From contig JBAZXP010000001.1 in the NCBI GenBank assembly GCA_041659805.1, forward strand, positions 384,589 to 448,588: DNA of 64,000 nt. The letters run 5' to 3'. The notes under the pieces are model-generated. The model saw only the letters and a program-made list of their open reading frames with translations, was not told the DNA's origin and searched no databases. A program made the position numbers and the translations under genes. Position 1 is the first letter of the stretch. Each line of letters opens with the position of its first letter. The stretch is from Microgenomates group bacterium (lineage in GTDB: Bacteria; Patescibacteriota; Microgenomatia; Daviesbacterales; UBA10151). Positions 8,345 through 17,528 of this stretch are shown piece by piece.

Positions 8345-9637
8345 ATGAAGGCTATGAACATAAAAACAAGATTTGCTCCGTCTCCGACTGGAATAATGCA
8401 CATTGGTTCTGTCAGAACCGCGCTGTATGCATATCTCGTTGCCAGACATAATAAAGGAACGTTTACCCTAAGGATTGAAGATACAGATCAAAACAGATTA
8501 GTTGAAGGGTCAGTTAATGATATTATAGACTCATTAAAATGGCTAGGATTGCAGTTTGATGAAGGCCCGATTTATCAATCGGAACGAAAGGAAGTCTATG
8601 AAAAATACGCACGTGAATTGGTGAGTAGCGGGGCAGCTTATGAAAAAGATGGTGCGATTTGGTTTAAACTTCCGGAGGATGGAAAAGTAATTTTTACAGA
8701 TATAATTGGTTCAAGAAAAATTGAGTTTGAAAATAGCAGCCAAAAAGATTTTGTGCTTTTAAAATCCGATGGATTTCCAACTTATCATTTAGCTCATGTT
8801 GTTGACGATCATCTAATGGAGACAAATCCTGTGATAAGAGCAGAAGAATGGTTGCCTTCTACCCCAAAACATATTTTGCTATTTAAGGCTTTTGGTTGGG
8901 AAGCGCCTGATTACGCACACATACCTTTAATTCTTGGTACAGACCGTTCCAAACTTTCAAAAAGACATGGAGCAAAAGGGGCAACAGAGTTTCGAAAAGA
9001 CGGTTTTTTAGCAGAAGCGATTTTAAATTATATGGCACTTTTAGGATGGACTCCACCATCGGGCAAAGAAATACTAAGTTTAGATGAGATGATTGAAGAA
9101 TTTGATTTAAAAAATGTTCACATTGCTCCAGCAGTTTTTGATCTCACAAAGCTTGAATGGATGAACGGGGAATATATCAGGAAAATGAGTGATATGGAAT
9201 TAACCAAAAGACTTCAGGAATTCTTGGTAGATCATCCCGCTCCGGAAAAAATTGGGCCTTTGGTACCTTTGATAAAAGAAAGAATAAAAACATTAGCAGA
9301 TTTCGTTCTTTTAACAAACTTTATTACCGAAGAACCTGAATACGACTTGTCAGTTTTTGAGAAGATTAAGATTGTAAACCAAAAGCAGGTATTGGAAAAG
9401 ATCAATGAAGAAATGCAAAAGCTGGGGAAAGATTGGAAGTCAGATGTTTTTGAAAAAACATTTAAAGATTTGGCGACTGAATTAGATATTAAAGTAGGGG
9501 ATATGTTTCAATTAATTAGAATTGCTGTCTCAGGACAATCAGTTACTCCTCCGCTTTTTGAAAGTATTCAGATTTTAGGAGAAGACGAAGCATTAAAAAG
9601 AGTTATGAATGTCGCTAAAAAATTCCCTAATTTTTGA
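8345..9637 (+). CDS. gltX: glutamyl-tRNA synthetase
   Basis: RFAPSPTGIMHIGSVRTALY (HIGH region), KLSKRHG (KMSKS); 430 aa. Confidence 0.8.
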   Translation: MKAMNIKTRFAPSPTGIMHIGSVRTALYAYLVARHNKGTFTLRIEDTDQNRLVEGSVNDIIDSLKWLGLQFDEGPIYQSERKEVYEKYARELVSSGAAYEKDGAIWFKLPEDGKVIFTDIIGSRKIEFENSSQKDFVLLKSDGFPTYHLAHVVDDHLMETNPVIRAEEWLPSTPKHILLFKAFGWEAPDYAHIPLILGTDRSKLSKRHGAKGATEFRKDGFLAEAILNYMALLGWTPPSGKEILSLDEMIEEFDLKNVHIAPAVFDLTKLEWMNGEYIRKMSDMELTKRLQEFLVDHPAPEKIGPLVPLIKERIKTLADFVLLTNFITEEPEYDLSVFEKIKIVNQKQVLEKINEEMQKLGKDWKSDVFEKTFKDLATELDIKVGDMFQLIRIAVSGQSVTPPLFESIQILGEDEALKRVMNVAKKFPNF

Positions 9638-9668
9638 TAAGTTGTGCGTAAATTGATATAATTAACAA

Positions 9669-10928
9669 ATGGCACAATATATTATAGAAGGCGGTAATAA
9701 ACTTAGGGGTAAAGTTAAAATTTCCGGAAATAAAAACGAGGTTTTGCCTTGTTTGGCAGCGTGTCTTTTAACAGAGGAAGAAGTAACTTTAAAAAATGTT
9801 CCTCATACTGCTGATGTGGAGACGTCTCTGGCTATTTTCCGCGATCTTGGTGTTGAGATCTCAAGGGAAGACGGAATTGTTAAAGTAACCTGTAAAAATA
9901 TTAATAGAACAATCTTAAAAGAAGATTTGGCAAATAAATTAAGAGCGTCTGTTTTATTTGTCGGTCCGCTACTTGCCAGATTCGGAAAAGTGGAGTTTCC
10001 ACACCCAGGAGGTTGTGTAATTGGCAGAAGAAGTATTGATACACATCTTGATGGATTTAAACGTTTGGGTTTTAAATTTAGTATTCAGGGAAATAATAAC
10101 AAAGGCACACGAAGCAATGTTGATTTCAAAGACACTGAGATATTTCTAGAAGAACCTTCAGTTACAGCAACAGAAAATATTGTTTTGTCAGCTACCCTTA
10201 TTCCAGCCATAACTACTGTAAAAAATTGTGCTGTTGAACCACATGTGGTAGGACTTTGTAAGATGCTTAAAAAAATGGGAGCCGAGATCGAAGGAATCGG
10301 AACACAAACTCTTAAAATTGACGGTGGCAGTAAACTTCATGGAACAGACTATACGATCGGATCGGACAATGTTGAATTTGGTACTTATGCTGTGGCGGCT
10401 GCAGTTACGAATGGAGAAATTGAAATCGAAGGAGAAGATCTTGACGGACTTGAACCTATAACTAAACCTTTCGAAAAGATGGGTGTTAAATTCGAAAAAA
10501 CAGATTCCGGTATTAAAGTTTCTGTAGGAGCACTGAAGGCAACTCCCCAGCTTCGTGTGAATGTTTGGCCGGGTTTTCCGACAGATATGATGAGTGCAGC
10601 AATTGTTTTGGCAACTCAAGCTAGAGGAGTTACACTTTGTCATGACTGGATGTATGAATCAAGAATGTTTTTCGTTGATAAGTTGATTACAATGGGAGCA
10701 AACATTACTTTGGCAGATCCTCACCGGGCATTAGTTTCAGGACCAACAAAATTAAGGGGTAAAAATTTAGATACACCAGACCTTCGGGCGGGTATGGCTT
10801 TGGTAATCGCTGCTTTGAGTGCAAAAGGCACCAGTGTTATAAATAGGGCAGAGCTAATCGAACGGGGTTATGAAGATGTAGTTATGAAACTCACAAATCT
10901 GGGCGCATCAATTAAAAGAGTAGAATAA
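9669..10928 (+). CDS. murA: UDP-N-acetylglucosamine 1-carboxyvinyltransferase
   Basis: 419 aa EPSP-synthase fold; KISGNKNEVLP, catalytic Cys region GGCVIGRRSIDTH. Confidence 0.85.
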   Translation: MAQYIIEGGNKLRGKVKISGNKNEVLPCLAACLLTEEEVTLKNVPHTADVETSLAIFRDLGVEISREDGIVKVTCKNINRTILKEDLANKLRASVLFVGPLLARFGKVEFPHPGGCVIGRRSIDTHLDGFKRLGFKFSIQGNNNKGTRSNVDFKDTEIFLEEPSVTATENIVLSATLIPAITTVKNCAVEPHVVGLCKMLKKMGAEIEGIGTQTLKIDGGSKLHGTDYTIGSDNVEFGTYAVAAAVTNGEIEIEGEDLDGLEPITKPFEKMGVKFEKTDSGIKVSVGALKATPQLRVNVWPGFPTDMMSAAIVLATQARGVTLCHDWMYESRMFFVDKLITMGANITLADPHRALVSGPTKLRGKNLDTPDLRAGMALVIAALSAKGTSVINRAELIERGYEDVVMKLTNLGASIKRVE

Positions 10929-10929
10929 T

Positions 10930-11268
10930 TTAGCCTAATTTATTAATAAACCAATTCAATAGAGATAATACCATTCCGAAAATAACTGCCCACCAAAAAC
11001 TATCAACCCTGAATCCCGGTACAAAAACTGTAGCCAGCATTATTAAAGCAGCATTGATGATTAAAGTAAAAAGACCTAAGGATAAAACATTAATAGGTAG
11101 GGTGAGAAGCAGCAAGATAGGTTTTAAGATAGCATTAATAATTCCTAAAACAACAGCGAGTACCAAGGCAGTTAAGAAATTATCAACATGAACTCCTTTG
11201 TCTTGAAAAAGATAGGCAGCCAGAAAAATAACTAATCCACTTATAAACCAGTTAATTAAAATCTTCAT
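10930..11268 (-). CDS. DUF360 / phage-holin-4-like small membrane protein
   Basis: 112 aa, four predicted TM helices, typical YvlD/DUF360 layout. Confidence 0.5.
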   Translation of the reverse strand: MKILINWFISGLVIFLAAYLFQDKGVHVDNFLTALVLAVVLGIINAILKPILLLLTLPINVLSLGLFTLIINAALIMLATVFVPGFRVDSFWWAVIFGMVLSLLNWFINKLG

Positions 11269-11322
11269 AGATTAATCATATACATTAAAAATTTGAAAAT
11301 CAAGGAATCCTTGAAAAAGAAA

Positions 11323-11589
11323 TTATTTTGAGGCTAAAGCAATTAGTTTGTCTTCAGCAGTTTTTTCGAGTCTCTTTTGTCTGGCCATTTCCTGTTCGTT
11401 TTTAAGCTCAATGCGCTTAGAAGTTCTTTTATCAATTTCATCCTGGCAGGCTTTATTGGAACATCGGTAGGTATTTTGAGTCATTGGGGCAAAGCTTCGT
11501 TCTGATTTTAAAGTTGTAGTTTTTTGCAAGACTAAATCTTCCCCACACTGATTACATTTACGCTTAGTTTCTGAAGATGTATTATTCAC
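11323..11589 (-). CDS. small zinc-ribbon protein (hypothetical)
   Basis: 88 aa; CNQCGED...CSNKAC paired CxxC-like motifs, basic C-terminal tail. Confidence 0.4.
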   Translation of the reverse strand: MNNTSSETKRKCNQCGEDLVLQKTTTLKSERSFAPMTQNTYRCSNKACQDEIDKRTSKRIELKNEQEMARQKRLEKTAEDKLIALASK

Positions 11590-11619
11590 GTTTGTGTATT
11601 ATAACACATTCAAGCTACT

Positions 11620-11811
11620 TTAGTCAGAGGAAAGTTTGTACCCAACAATAATACCGATAATTGCTCCGATACTGCTGGTGATGACTGAAGTATAGGAAAT
11701 TGCATCTACTCCGAATAATGTTGGCAAATAACCTCCGATAATTGATCCTACGGTCATTCCCACAAAAATTAAGAATTTTGAAGGCATAATGAGATAAAAA
11801 TATTGTATCAC
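11620..11811 (-). CDS. small hydrophobic membrane protein (hypothetical)
   Basis: 63 aa, glycine-rich TM segment; start may be the internal MPSKF. Confidence 0.3.
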   Translation of the reverse strand: MIQYFYLIMPSKFLIFVGMTVGSIIGGYLPTLFGVDAISYTSVITSSIGAIIGIIVGYKLSSD

Positions 11812-12026
11812 AAAGGGTCTTTAGCGATGCTCTTACTGATACTGGATTTCTATTACCTAATCTGTTTAGATTTATATATTGTAATATTTTTGTTATTTAA
11901 AGGAGGTGAGGATAATGAGCTTTGATCCAGAGCCAACAGAAGAATAAATATAGATATCTCTAAATCTTCATTCAAGATTTACTCCATTGATAAATTTTTA
12001 TCCTTGGAGATAAATTTTTAATTGAC

Positions 12027-12482
12027 TTATTGTTTTCTAAGACCCAAAGATTCAGGGGAAATAGCTCTATTACTTTCGATCAATGTTTTAATTTGATCGC
12101 TGTATTTATTTAAATATTCCTTAAAATAATTAGAAAGGTTTAAGGATACTGTCTCATCTATACTAAAAAAATCCAACTTTTGTCCTTCTCTGCCTAGTTT
12201 TATATGTTTATGTTCTTCTTCAGTTATTTTTGCCAAATATCTTTCGACAACGCTTCCATCGTTGTAGGTTTGCGTGCCTAAATAAATTAGATTCTTAGGG
12301 ATAATATTTATTTCCTCTCGTAGTTCTCTTTTCGCCGCATTTTCAGTTGTCTCGTTTTCTTCTATGCCACCACCTGGTAGATTCCATGTATTTGGTGAAG
12401 GAATTTCAGAATCGTTGTCTCGTAAGATTAAAAGAATTTTTTTATCAAAAACCACAAATATTTTCACTCCAGGTTTTTTCAT
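12027..12482 (-). CDS. NUDIX hydrolase
   Basis: Nudix box GGGIEENETTENAAKRELREEINI. Confidence 0.75.
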   Translation of the reverse strand: MKKPGVKIFVVFDKKILLILRDNDSEIPSPNTWNLPGGGIEENETTENAAKRELREEINIIPKNLIYLGTQTYNDGSVVERYLAKITEEEHKHIKLGREGQKLDFFSIDETVSLNLSNYFKEYLNKYSDQIKTLIESNRAISPESLGLRKQ

Positions 12483-12486
12483 ATTT

Positions 12487-12996
12487 TTAAAAATGGATTT
12501 TTGAGATGCTAACTGATTTGATTTTTTCGTCTTTATTTAGTTTTGCAGTCATAAAGAAAAGATTTTTTTCTTCGATTACATCTTTAAAACAGTAATTTAA
12601 ATCATCCACGAGTTCAAAATTACTATCTAAAACTTTATTTTTATTAATCCAAACTAATTTTCCATCTTCCGTATTTTCTCCAAGGGGGATTTTTTTGGAA
12701 GATACTTTAATTTTGAAAAAACACATAACCCAATCTTCACTATAACCGCCTTCTAGTTTTACGATTCCGGAGAGTTTTATATCTTCCGGAGAAACTTTGT
12801 AGCCGGTTTCTTCCTCTGTTTCTCTAATTGCCGCGTCTAGATAATTTTCTCCAGGTTCAACTCTGCCTCCCACTCCATTAAGCCTATTAGGGTCCAGTCT
12901 TTTGTGTTTTCCTCTGTGCAAGAAAAGATAATCGTCATCACAATAAAGAAAATTTGTTACTGAACATTGTACTTTTCTAATATATTTTTCTTCCAT
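12487..12996 (-). CDS. NUDIX hydrolase
   Basis: Nudix box GVGGRVEPGENYLDAAIRETEEETGY; in tandem with the preceding NUDIX gene. Confidence 0.75.
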   Translation of the reverse strand: MEEKYIRKVQCSVTNFLYCDDDYLFLHRGKHKRLDPNRLNGVGGRVEPGENYLDAAIRETEEETGYKVSPEDIKLSGIVKLEGGYSEDWVMCFFKIKVSSKKIPLGENTEDGKLVWINKNKVLDSNFELVDDLNYCFKDVIEEKNLFFMTAKLNKDEKIKSVSISKIHF

Positions 12997-13030
12997 ACAC
13001 GAAGTATATCAAAAGTGCTAGGATAATTTA

Positions 13031-14482
13031 GTGAAGATTGTTAAAAAACATTATATTTTCTTAATCATTTTTTTTGTAACTGCTTTTTTGCGTCTTTACC
13101 GTCTGGATTATTTAACTACGTTTGGTCGGGATCAGGGAATAGACTTTTTAACAATCAGAGATATAATTGTTAATCATAAACTGACTTTAATAGGGATAAA
13201 GGTTTCTTTGGCTGATTTTTTTCAGGGTCCGGTTTATCTATATTTGTTAACTCCTCTATTTTATTCTTTCAAATTGAATCCTCTTGCAGGAGCAATAACT
13301 GCTGTCATCATTTCTTTACTAACGATAACAACTCTTTATTATATTGTTTTAAAAATATTTAACATGAGAGCAGCTAATTTAGCTGCCATTTTTTTTGCGG
13401 TTTCACCTCAGTTGGTTATGTTCGGTAACACACCTCTTTACCAAAATTTCACCCCTTTATTTATTTTGTTGGGAATTTGGTTTTTGTACAAAGCGTTGAT
13501 TGGAAAAATAAAAACTTCTAAGCAATATTTTTATATGTTTTTGACAGGATTTTTTATCGGAATAGGATTAGAACTTCACTTTTTGGTTATTTCGCTTGCA
13601 TTGGCATTAATTATTTATTTGATTCTTTTTACAAAAAATTTTTTAAAACTTTTAATTTTTTATTTTTTTGGATTAATAATTGCTGCAAGCCCCACAATTA
13701 TTTTTGAATTAAAGCATAATTTTTTAAATATTCATCTTCTGATAAACTATTTAAGCGGTAGGGAACAAAATCATTTATCATTCTTGTCTATTTGGTTAGA
13801 AAGATTAAATTTCTTTACTTTTAATGATTATAATTTTTTAATTATAGTTCCTTTACTATTCGGTATTTATCTCCTTTTAACAAAAGTTAAAAATCTATCT
13901 AATAATTTTTTATTTTTTAAAAAAATATCTTTAATTACTATGATAATTATTTTTATTTTTGCGATTAAATTAAGTGCTTTCGGAACTCATTATTTCTTAC
14001 CTCTTTTAATGTTGTTGCTAATTATTATTCCTGCAGTATTATCACTTATTAAATCGGAAAGATTCACAAATTTAATTTGTATTTTTTTTCTGGGAGCAAA
14101 TTTTGTAATCACTATTTTCCAGCTGAATAATAATCATGGATATTTTATGCCGGATGGATGGAGTCTGAATAAGATAGAACAAACCTCAAAGATTATTAGT
14201 GTAAGTGTGGGATCCCACCCTAACTTTAATGTGGCTTCGTTACTTGATGGAGATACCAGAACATATCCTGTAAGATACATGCTGACTGTTGCCGGAAGTC
14301 CGTCGGAGGATTTTACAACATATCCAAGTAATAATTATTTGTATGTTACAGGAAGAGATAAAAAACAAATTATTAATTCTGACGTATGGGAAATTTCATC
14401 CCTTCGCCCTTTTAAAGTAGAACAAGAATGGGATATGGGAGACGGAATTATCCTTTTTCTTTTAGCAAGGATCAGATCTTAA
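13031..14482 (+). CDS. glycosyltransferase family 39 / ArnT-PMT-like polyprenyl-phosphate-sugar transferase (multi-pass membrane)
   Basis: 483 aa, >10 TM helices, N-terminal YRLDYLTTFGRDQG motif region typical of ArnT/PMT_2 family; GTG start. Confidence 0.6.
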   Translation: MKIVKKHYIFLIIFFVTAFLRLYRLDYLTTFGRDQGIDFLTIRDIIVNHKLTLIGIKVSLADFFQGPVYLYLLTPLFYSFKLNPLAGAITAVIISLLTITTLYYIVLKIFNMRAANLAAIFFAVSPQLVMFGNTPLYQNFTPLFILLGIWFLYKALIGKIKTSKQYFYMFLTGFFIGIGLELHFLVISLALALIIYLILFTKNFLKLLIFYFFGLIIAASPTIIFELKHNFLNIHLLINYLSGREQNHLSFLSIWLERLNFFTFNDYNFLIIVPLLFGIYLLLTKVKNLSNNFLFFKKISLITMIIIFIFAIKLSAFGTHYFLPLLMLLLIIIPAVLSLIKSERFTNLICIFFLGANFVITIFQLNNNHGYFMPDGWSLNKIEQTSKIISVSVGSHPNFNVASLLDGDTRTYPVRYMLTVAGSPSEDFTTYPSNNYLYVTGRDKKQIINSDVWEISSLRPFKVEQEWDMGDGIILFLLARIRS

Positions 14483-14484
14483 CA

Positions 14485-14664
14485 TTACATCCCCAAAAGC
14501 TCTAAGACTTTATATAAAATTACTCCTGGCCAGAAGATTGCTTTTAAAATTCCTAAAACAAAAGCTACAGGAGTAGCAGCATGTTGAATAAAATAAACCA
14601 GAGCTCCCAAAACTCCAATTCCATAAATAGCGCCGCCACCTGCACCACAAATATTGCCTCTCAT
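14485..14664 (-). CDS. unannotated small glycine-zipper membrane protein (59 aa)
   Basis: Not in ORF track (<60 aa). ATG at 14664 preceded by TAAGGAGGTGAGGAA. MRGNICGAGGGAIYGIGVLGALVYF... hydrophobic. Confidence 0.45.
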   Translation of the reverse strand: MRGNICGAGGGAIYGIGVLGALVYFIQHAATPVAFVLGILKAIFWPGVILYKVLELLGM

Positions 14665-14756
14665 TTCCTCACCTCCTTATTTAAGTATTCTATTCTCTTG
14701 TTAACGTGTCAAGTTGGATTTCTTCATAAGATTATCGATTATGTTAAAGTTAAATA

Positions 14757-15332
14757 ATGGAAGCAGAGTTAGAGGTGGTTAGTACCAAATGGAAACATTG
14801 GCATTATAAAAACACTTTTCTTCTTATACTGAGTCTGATTATTTTCTTTTTGTTAGCAGATACCCCTTTTGTCAAAAATATTATCAGTTATATTGGGAAT
14901 TTTGGATATCTGGGGGCTTTTTTCGCAGGAATATTATTTGTATCTGTTTTTACAGTAGCCCCGGCATCAATAGTTTTATTTTATTTAGCAGAATCATTAA
15001 ATCCTCTCGGAATAGCTTTGGCAGCAGGTACAGGAGGAATGATAGGAGATTATTTGATATTTAAATATCTAAAAGATGAAGTCTTCGGTGAACTGAAACC
15101 TATACTTATACATCATGAAGGTAAACTTTTACAAAAAATATTTAGAACTCCTTATTTTGCTTGGATAGTTCCTATTATTGGGGCTGTAATAATTATGTCA
15201 CCTTTTCCTGATGAAGTAGGGATCGGATTAATGGGGGTCTCAAAAATGAAGACCTGGCAGTTGATGGGGCTTTTATATCTTCTGGATGTAGTAGGGATAT
15301 TTTTGATAGTAATAGCAGCCAGATCTTTTTGA
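14757..15332 (+). CDS. hypothetical integral membrane protein
   Basis: 191 aa with 4-5 TM helices. Confidence 0.45.
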   Translation: MEAELEVVSTKWKHWHYKNTFLLILSLIIFFLLADTPFVKNIISYIGNFGYLGAFFAGILFVSVFTVAPASIVLFYLAESLNPLGIALAAGTGGMIGDYLIFKYLKDEVFGELKPILIHHEGKLLQKIFRTPYFAWIVPIIGAVIIMSPFPDEVGIGLMGVSKMKTWQLMGLLYLLDVVGIFLIVIAARSF

Positions 15333-15396
15333 TATAACGTATGCCCACCCTTCTAGCTATGGCTATAGTAAGAGATGACGGACGAAGTTCTTGTAT

Positions 15397-16041
15397 TTAT
15401 TTCAGTATGCCTGCTTTATATAAATCCTCTACCAATTGTTCCTTGTCTTTGTTGAGGAGCAACATTTGCTCTCTTATTTCAGAATCAGTCAGAACTATTT
15501 TTTCACCTGAATTATATTTTTCCCGATGAAGGGCATCATAAACATCCGCTAAAGCCAACATTCTGCCATGTTCAAGTATTAAAGCTTGAGTATCTTGAGG
15601 GTATGAACGTAGATATGGTGGTAATTCTTTTGGGTATCCATTGGGTTGAAAATAATGATGCAAGACTATAATATCAGCAGTAAAACCAAATCTGTTTTTT
15701 ATTAAATTGTATCCATCCATAACATGAGACTGAATAATCTGGGCGTCTTGAGTACTCCAACCATATGTTTTACCCAAAACTTCAAGAGGTACCTGGTATT
15801 TTCCTATATCGTGGACTAGTCCTGCAAAAAGTGATGCTTTCTGGTCCATATGCAAAAATTCTCCAATTTCTCTTGTCTTTAATCCTACTCTGATTGAATG
15901 TTCTCCGTGAAGTTTGGTGATAGGACTTTTTGTCATTAATAAATCCAGATAAGATAAAAGAGTTGTCTGGTCTTCAGGTTTTACTTGGCATGTTTCAAAA
16001 GCATTTTGAAGTTGAATATCCAGCTCGTTTTGTTCAAGCAT
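15397..16041 (-). CDS. HD-domain phosphohydrolase
   Basis: HGEHSIRVG...GLVHDIGK (H..H...HD motif). Confidence 0.7.
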   Translation of the reverse strand: MLEQNELDIQLQNAFETCQVKPEDQTTLLSYLDLLMTKSPITKLHGEHSIRVGLKTREIGEFLHMDQKASLFAGLVHDIGKYQVPLEVLGKTYGWSTQDAQIIQSHVMDGYNLIKNRFGFTADIIVLHHYFQPNGYPKELPPYLRSYPQDTQALILEHGRMLALADVYDALHREKYNSGEKIVLTDSEIREQMLLLNKDKEQLVEDLYKAGILK

Positions 16042-16075
16042 AGCCAGATTATAACACTACCAAAAACATGAGATG

Positions 16076-16091
16076 AGCTGCGGGACTTGGA
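16076..16091. repeat. attL-like direct repeat (displaced tRNA-Gln 3'-end fragment)
   Basis: Identical to 33565-33580. Followed by a ~210 bp GC-richer non-coding stretch with hairpin CAGTCCACC-tttg-GGTGGACTG. Confidence 0.6.
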
Positions 16092-16305
16092 TAATACACC
16101 CAGTCCACCTTTGGTGGACTGTCGAACCCGCTTCACCACTGTGTGGAGCGCGTAATCCTCTGTCCAATAGTCCGTACCAAGTCCAAATGCCCCACAAAAG
16201 TGGGACTTTGTGCCTTTGCTGCCCGACGTATAAACAGTTCGTACTGCAATTAGCCTGGCTCGAACAATTAAGACAAGTATATCACCAAAGCGAGGAGGAA
16301 AAAGA

Positions 16306-16821
16306 ATGATATTTTCCTTCTGGAATTCTAAAGAATCTTCTGATTCATTGGTAAAATCTAAATTATTTGATGAAAACACTTTCTATGAAGCATTTATCAA
16401 AGACTTGAATAGATGCAAAGAAGAAGTAATTATTGAAAGTCCATATATTACTTGTAAACGGATGGATTTATTAGAATCCATATTTCAAAAACTGATGAAA
16501 CATGGAGTAAAAGTGTATATAATTACTCGTGACCCAAGAGAGCATGAGGAAAAGCTAGCAAGGCAAGCTGAGTTAGAGATTAGTATTTTTGAAGAGATGG
16601 GTGTACAAGTTTTACTATGTGCGGGGAATCATCATAGAAAATTAGCAATTCTGGATAGAAAAATATTGTGGGAAGGTAGCCTGAACATCTTGTCACAGAT
16701 GTACAGCCGTGAAATTATGCGAAGAATAGAAAGTGAAGCACTAACAAAGCAGATGTTTAATTTTTTGAATTTGGGTAAACTTACTAAGGAAAATTCTTTT
16801 ATAAAAAGGATGTTTTTATGA
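16306..16821 (+). CDS. phospholipase D-family (single HKD) nuclease, Nuc/BfiI-like
   Basis: 171 aa; HHRKLAILDRKILWEGSLN = HxK(x4)D(x6)GSxN PLD motif; GAGGAGG SD. Confidence 0.7.
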   Translation: MIFSFWNSKESSDSLVKSKLFDENTFYEAFIKDLNRCKEEVIIESPYITCKRMDLLESIFQKLMKHGVKVYIITRDPREHEEKLARQAELEISIFEEMGVQVLLCAGNHHRKLAILDRKILWEGSLNILSQMYSREIMRRIESEALTKQMFNFLNLGKLTKENSFIKRMFL

Positions 16822-17057
16822 GTGAAAGTAAAATACCTGAAGATTGGTTAAAGAAAAATGGCTATAAACTCAAAATAGTTTACAGCTACGCTGTCGTTAA
16901 TAAATTAAACATTAAATCAAAAGAGGAAGTATTAAAGATTCTCCAAGTAACTGATCCTGAAAACGCAAATGAAGAACAAGCTGAAATTTATTCAAAAATG
17001 TTGCAGTTATTTGGAAGTAGATTTAGAAAAACAATAGAAAAGAACTTAGTAGATTAA
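16818..17057 (+). CDS. hypothetical protein, translationally coupled to the PLD nuclease
   Basis: 79 aa; ATGA start/stop overlap with upstream gene. Confidence 0.4.
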   Translation: MSESKIPEDWLKKNGYKLKIVYSYAVVNKLNIKSKEEVLKILQVTDPENANEEQAEIYSKMLQLFGSRFRKTIEKNLVD

Positions 17058-17059
17058 AA

Positions 17060-17281
17060 TTATCCCTTTTTAGCCACGATTTTAAGACCAAGAACTTTAA
17101 GTATTCTTTCAAGGTTAGCAAAAGCTGGGTTAGATTCTCCTCTTTCTGTCATTGCATAAAAAGTTTCAGTGACTTTTGCTTCTTTTGCAACTTGAGCTTG
17201 AGTTAAGCCCTTCTTCTCTCGGGCTTCTTTTATCTGAGCTGCTAGCTTTGGATCTATCTTTTCTTTCTTATCAGTATTCAT
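17060..17281 (-). CDS. XRE-family helix-turn-helix transcriptional regulator
   Basis: 73 aa; KGLTQAQVAKEAKVTETFYAMTERGESNP Cro/C1-type HTH. Confidence 0.75.
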   Translation of the reverse strand: MNTDKKEKIDPKLAAQIKEAREKKGLTQAQVAKEAKVTETFYAMTERGESNPAFANLERILKVLGLKIVAKKG

Positions 17282-17384
17282 AAATATATTTATAGTATAG
17301 CACTTTCAGAACATAAAATAAACTATGGGTCAAACTTGAAAGAAGACTAGACAAAATTCTGCAAATTTTGATATATTATCAATA

Positions 17385-17528
17385 ATGAGTGACTTAAAAG
17401 AAGCAATCAAGCTTAAAGATCCTGAGAAGATAGCAGAAATAATCCTAGCTGGTTTTCAACAGCTTGATGAGGATCTAAAAGAACAAGCAAAGCTTAAGAA
17501 ATCATCAAAGTCAAAAAAGAAAAACTAA
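17385..17528 (+). CDS. small lysine-rich protein (47 aa), divergent from the XRE regulator
   Basis: ATG at 17385, MSDLKEAIKLKDPEK...KSKKKN; below ORF-track cut-off. Confidence 0.3.
   Translation: MSDLKEAIKLKDPEKIAEIILAGFQQLDEDLKEQAKLKKSSKSKKKN

Noticed and set aside
10188-10643. Minus-strand 151 aa ORF inside murA
   Set aside because: Antisense to murA; Cys/Ser-rich nonsense composition
16120-16140. GTCGAACCCGCTTCACCA interpreted as the 3' end of an intact tRNA or tmRNA
   Set aside because: No compatible T-stem or acceptor 5' partner could be folded on either strand; kept only as a possible relic fragment
15981-16379. ORFs 15981..16379 (-) and 16073..16309 (+) across the attL region
   Set aside because: They span the direct repeat and GC-rich element terminus and overlap both the HD gene start and the PLD gene start. 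This is more likely non-coding att/arm DNA
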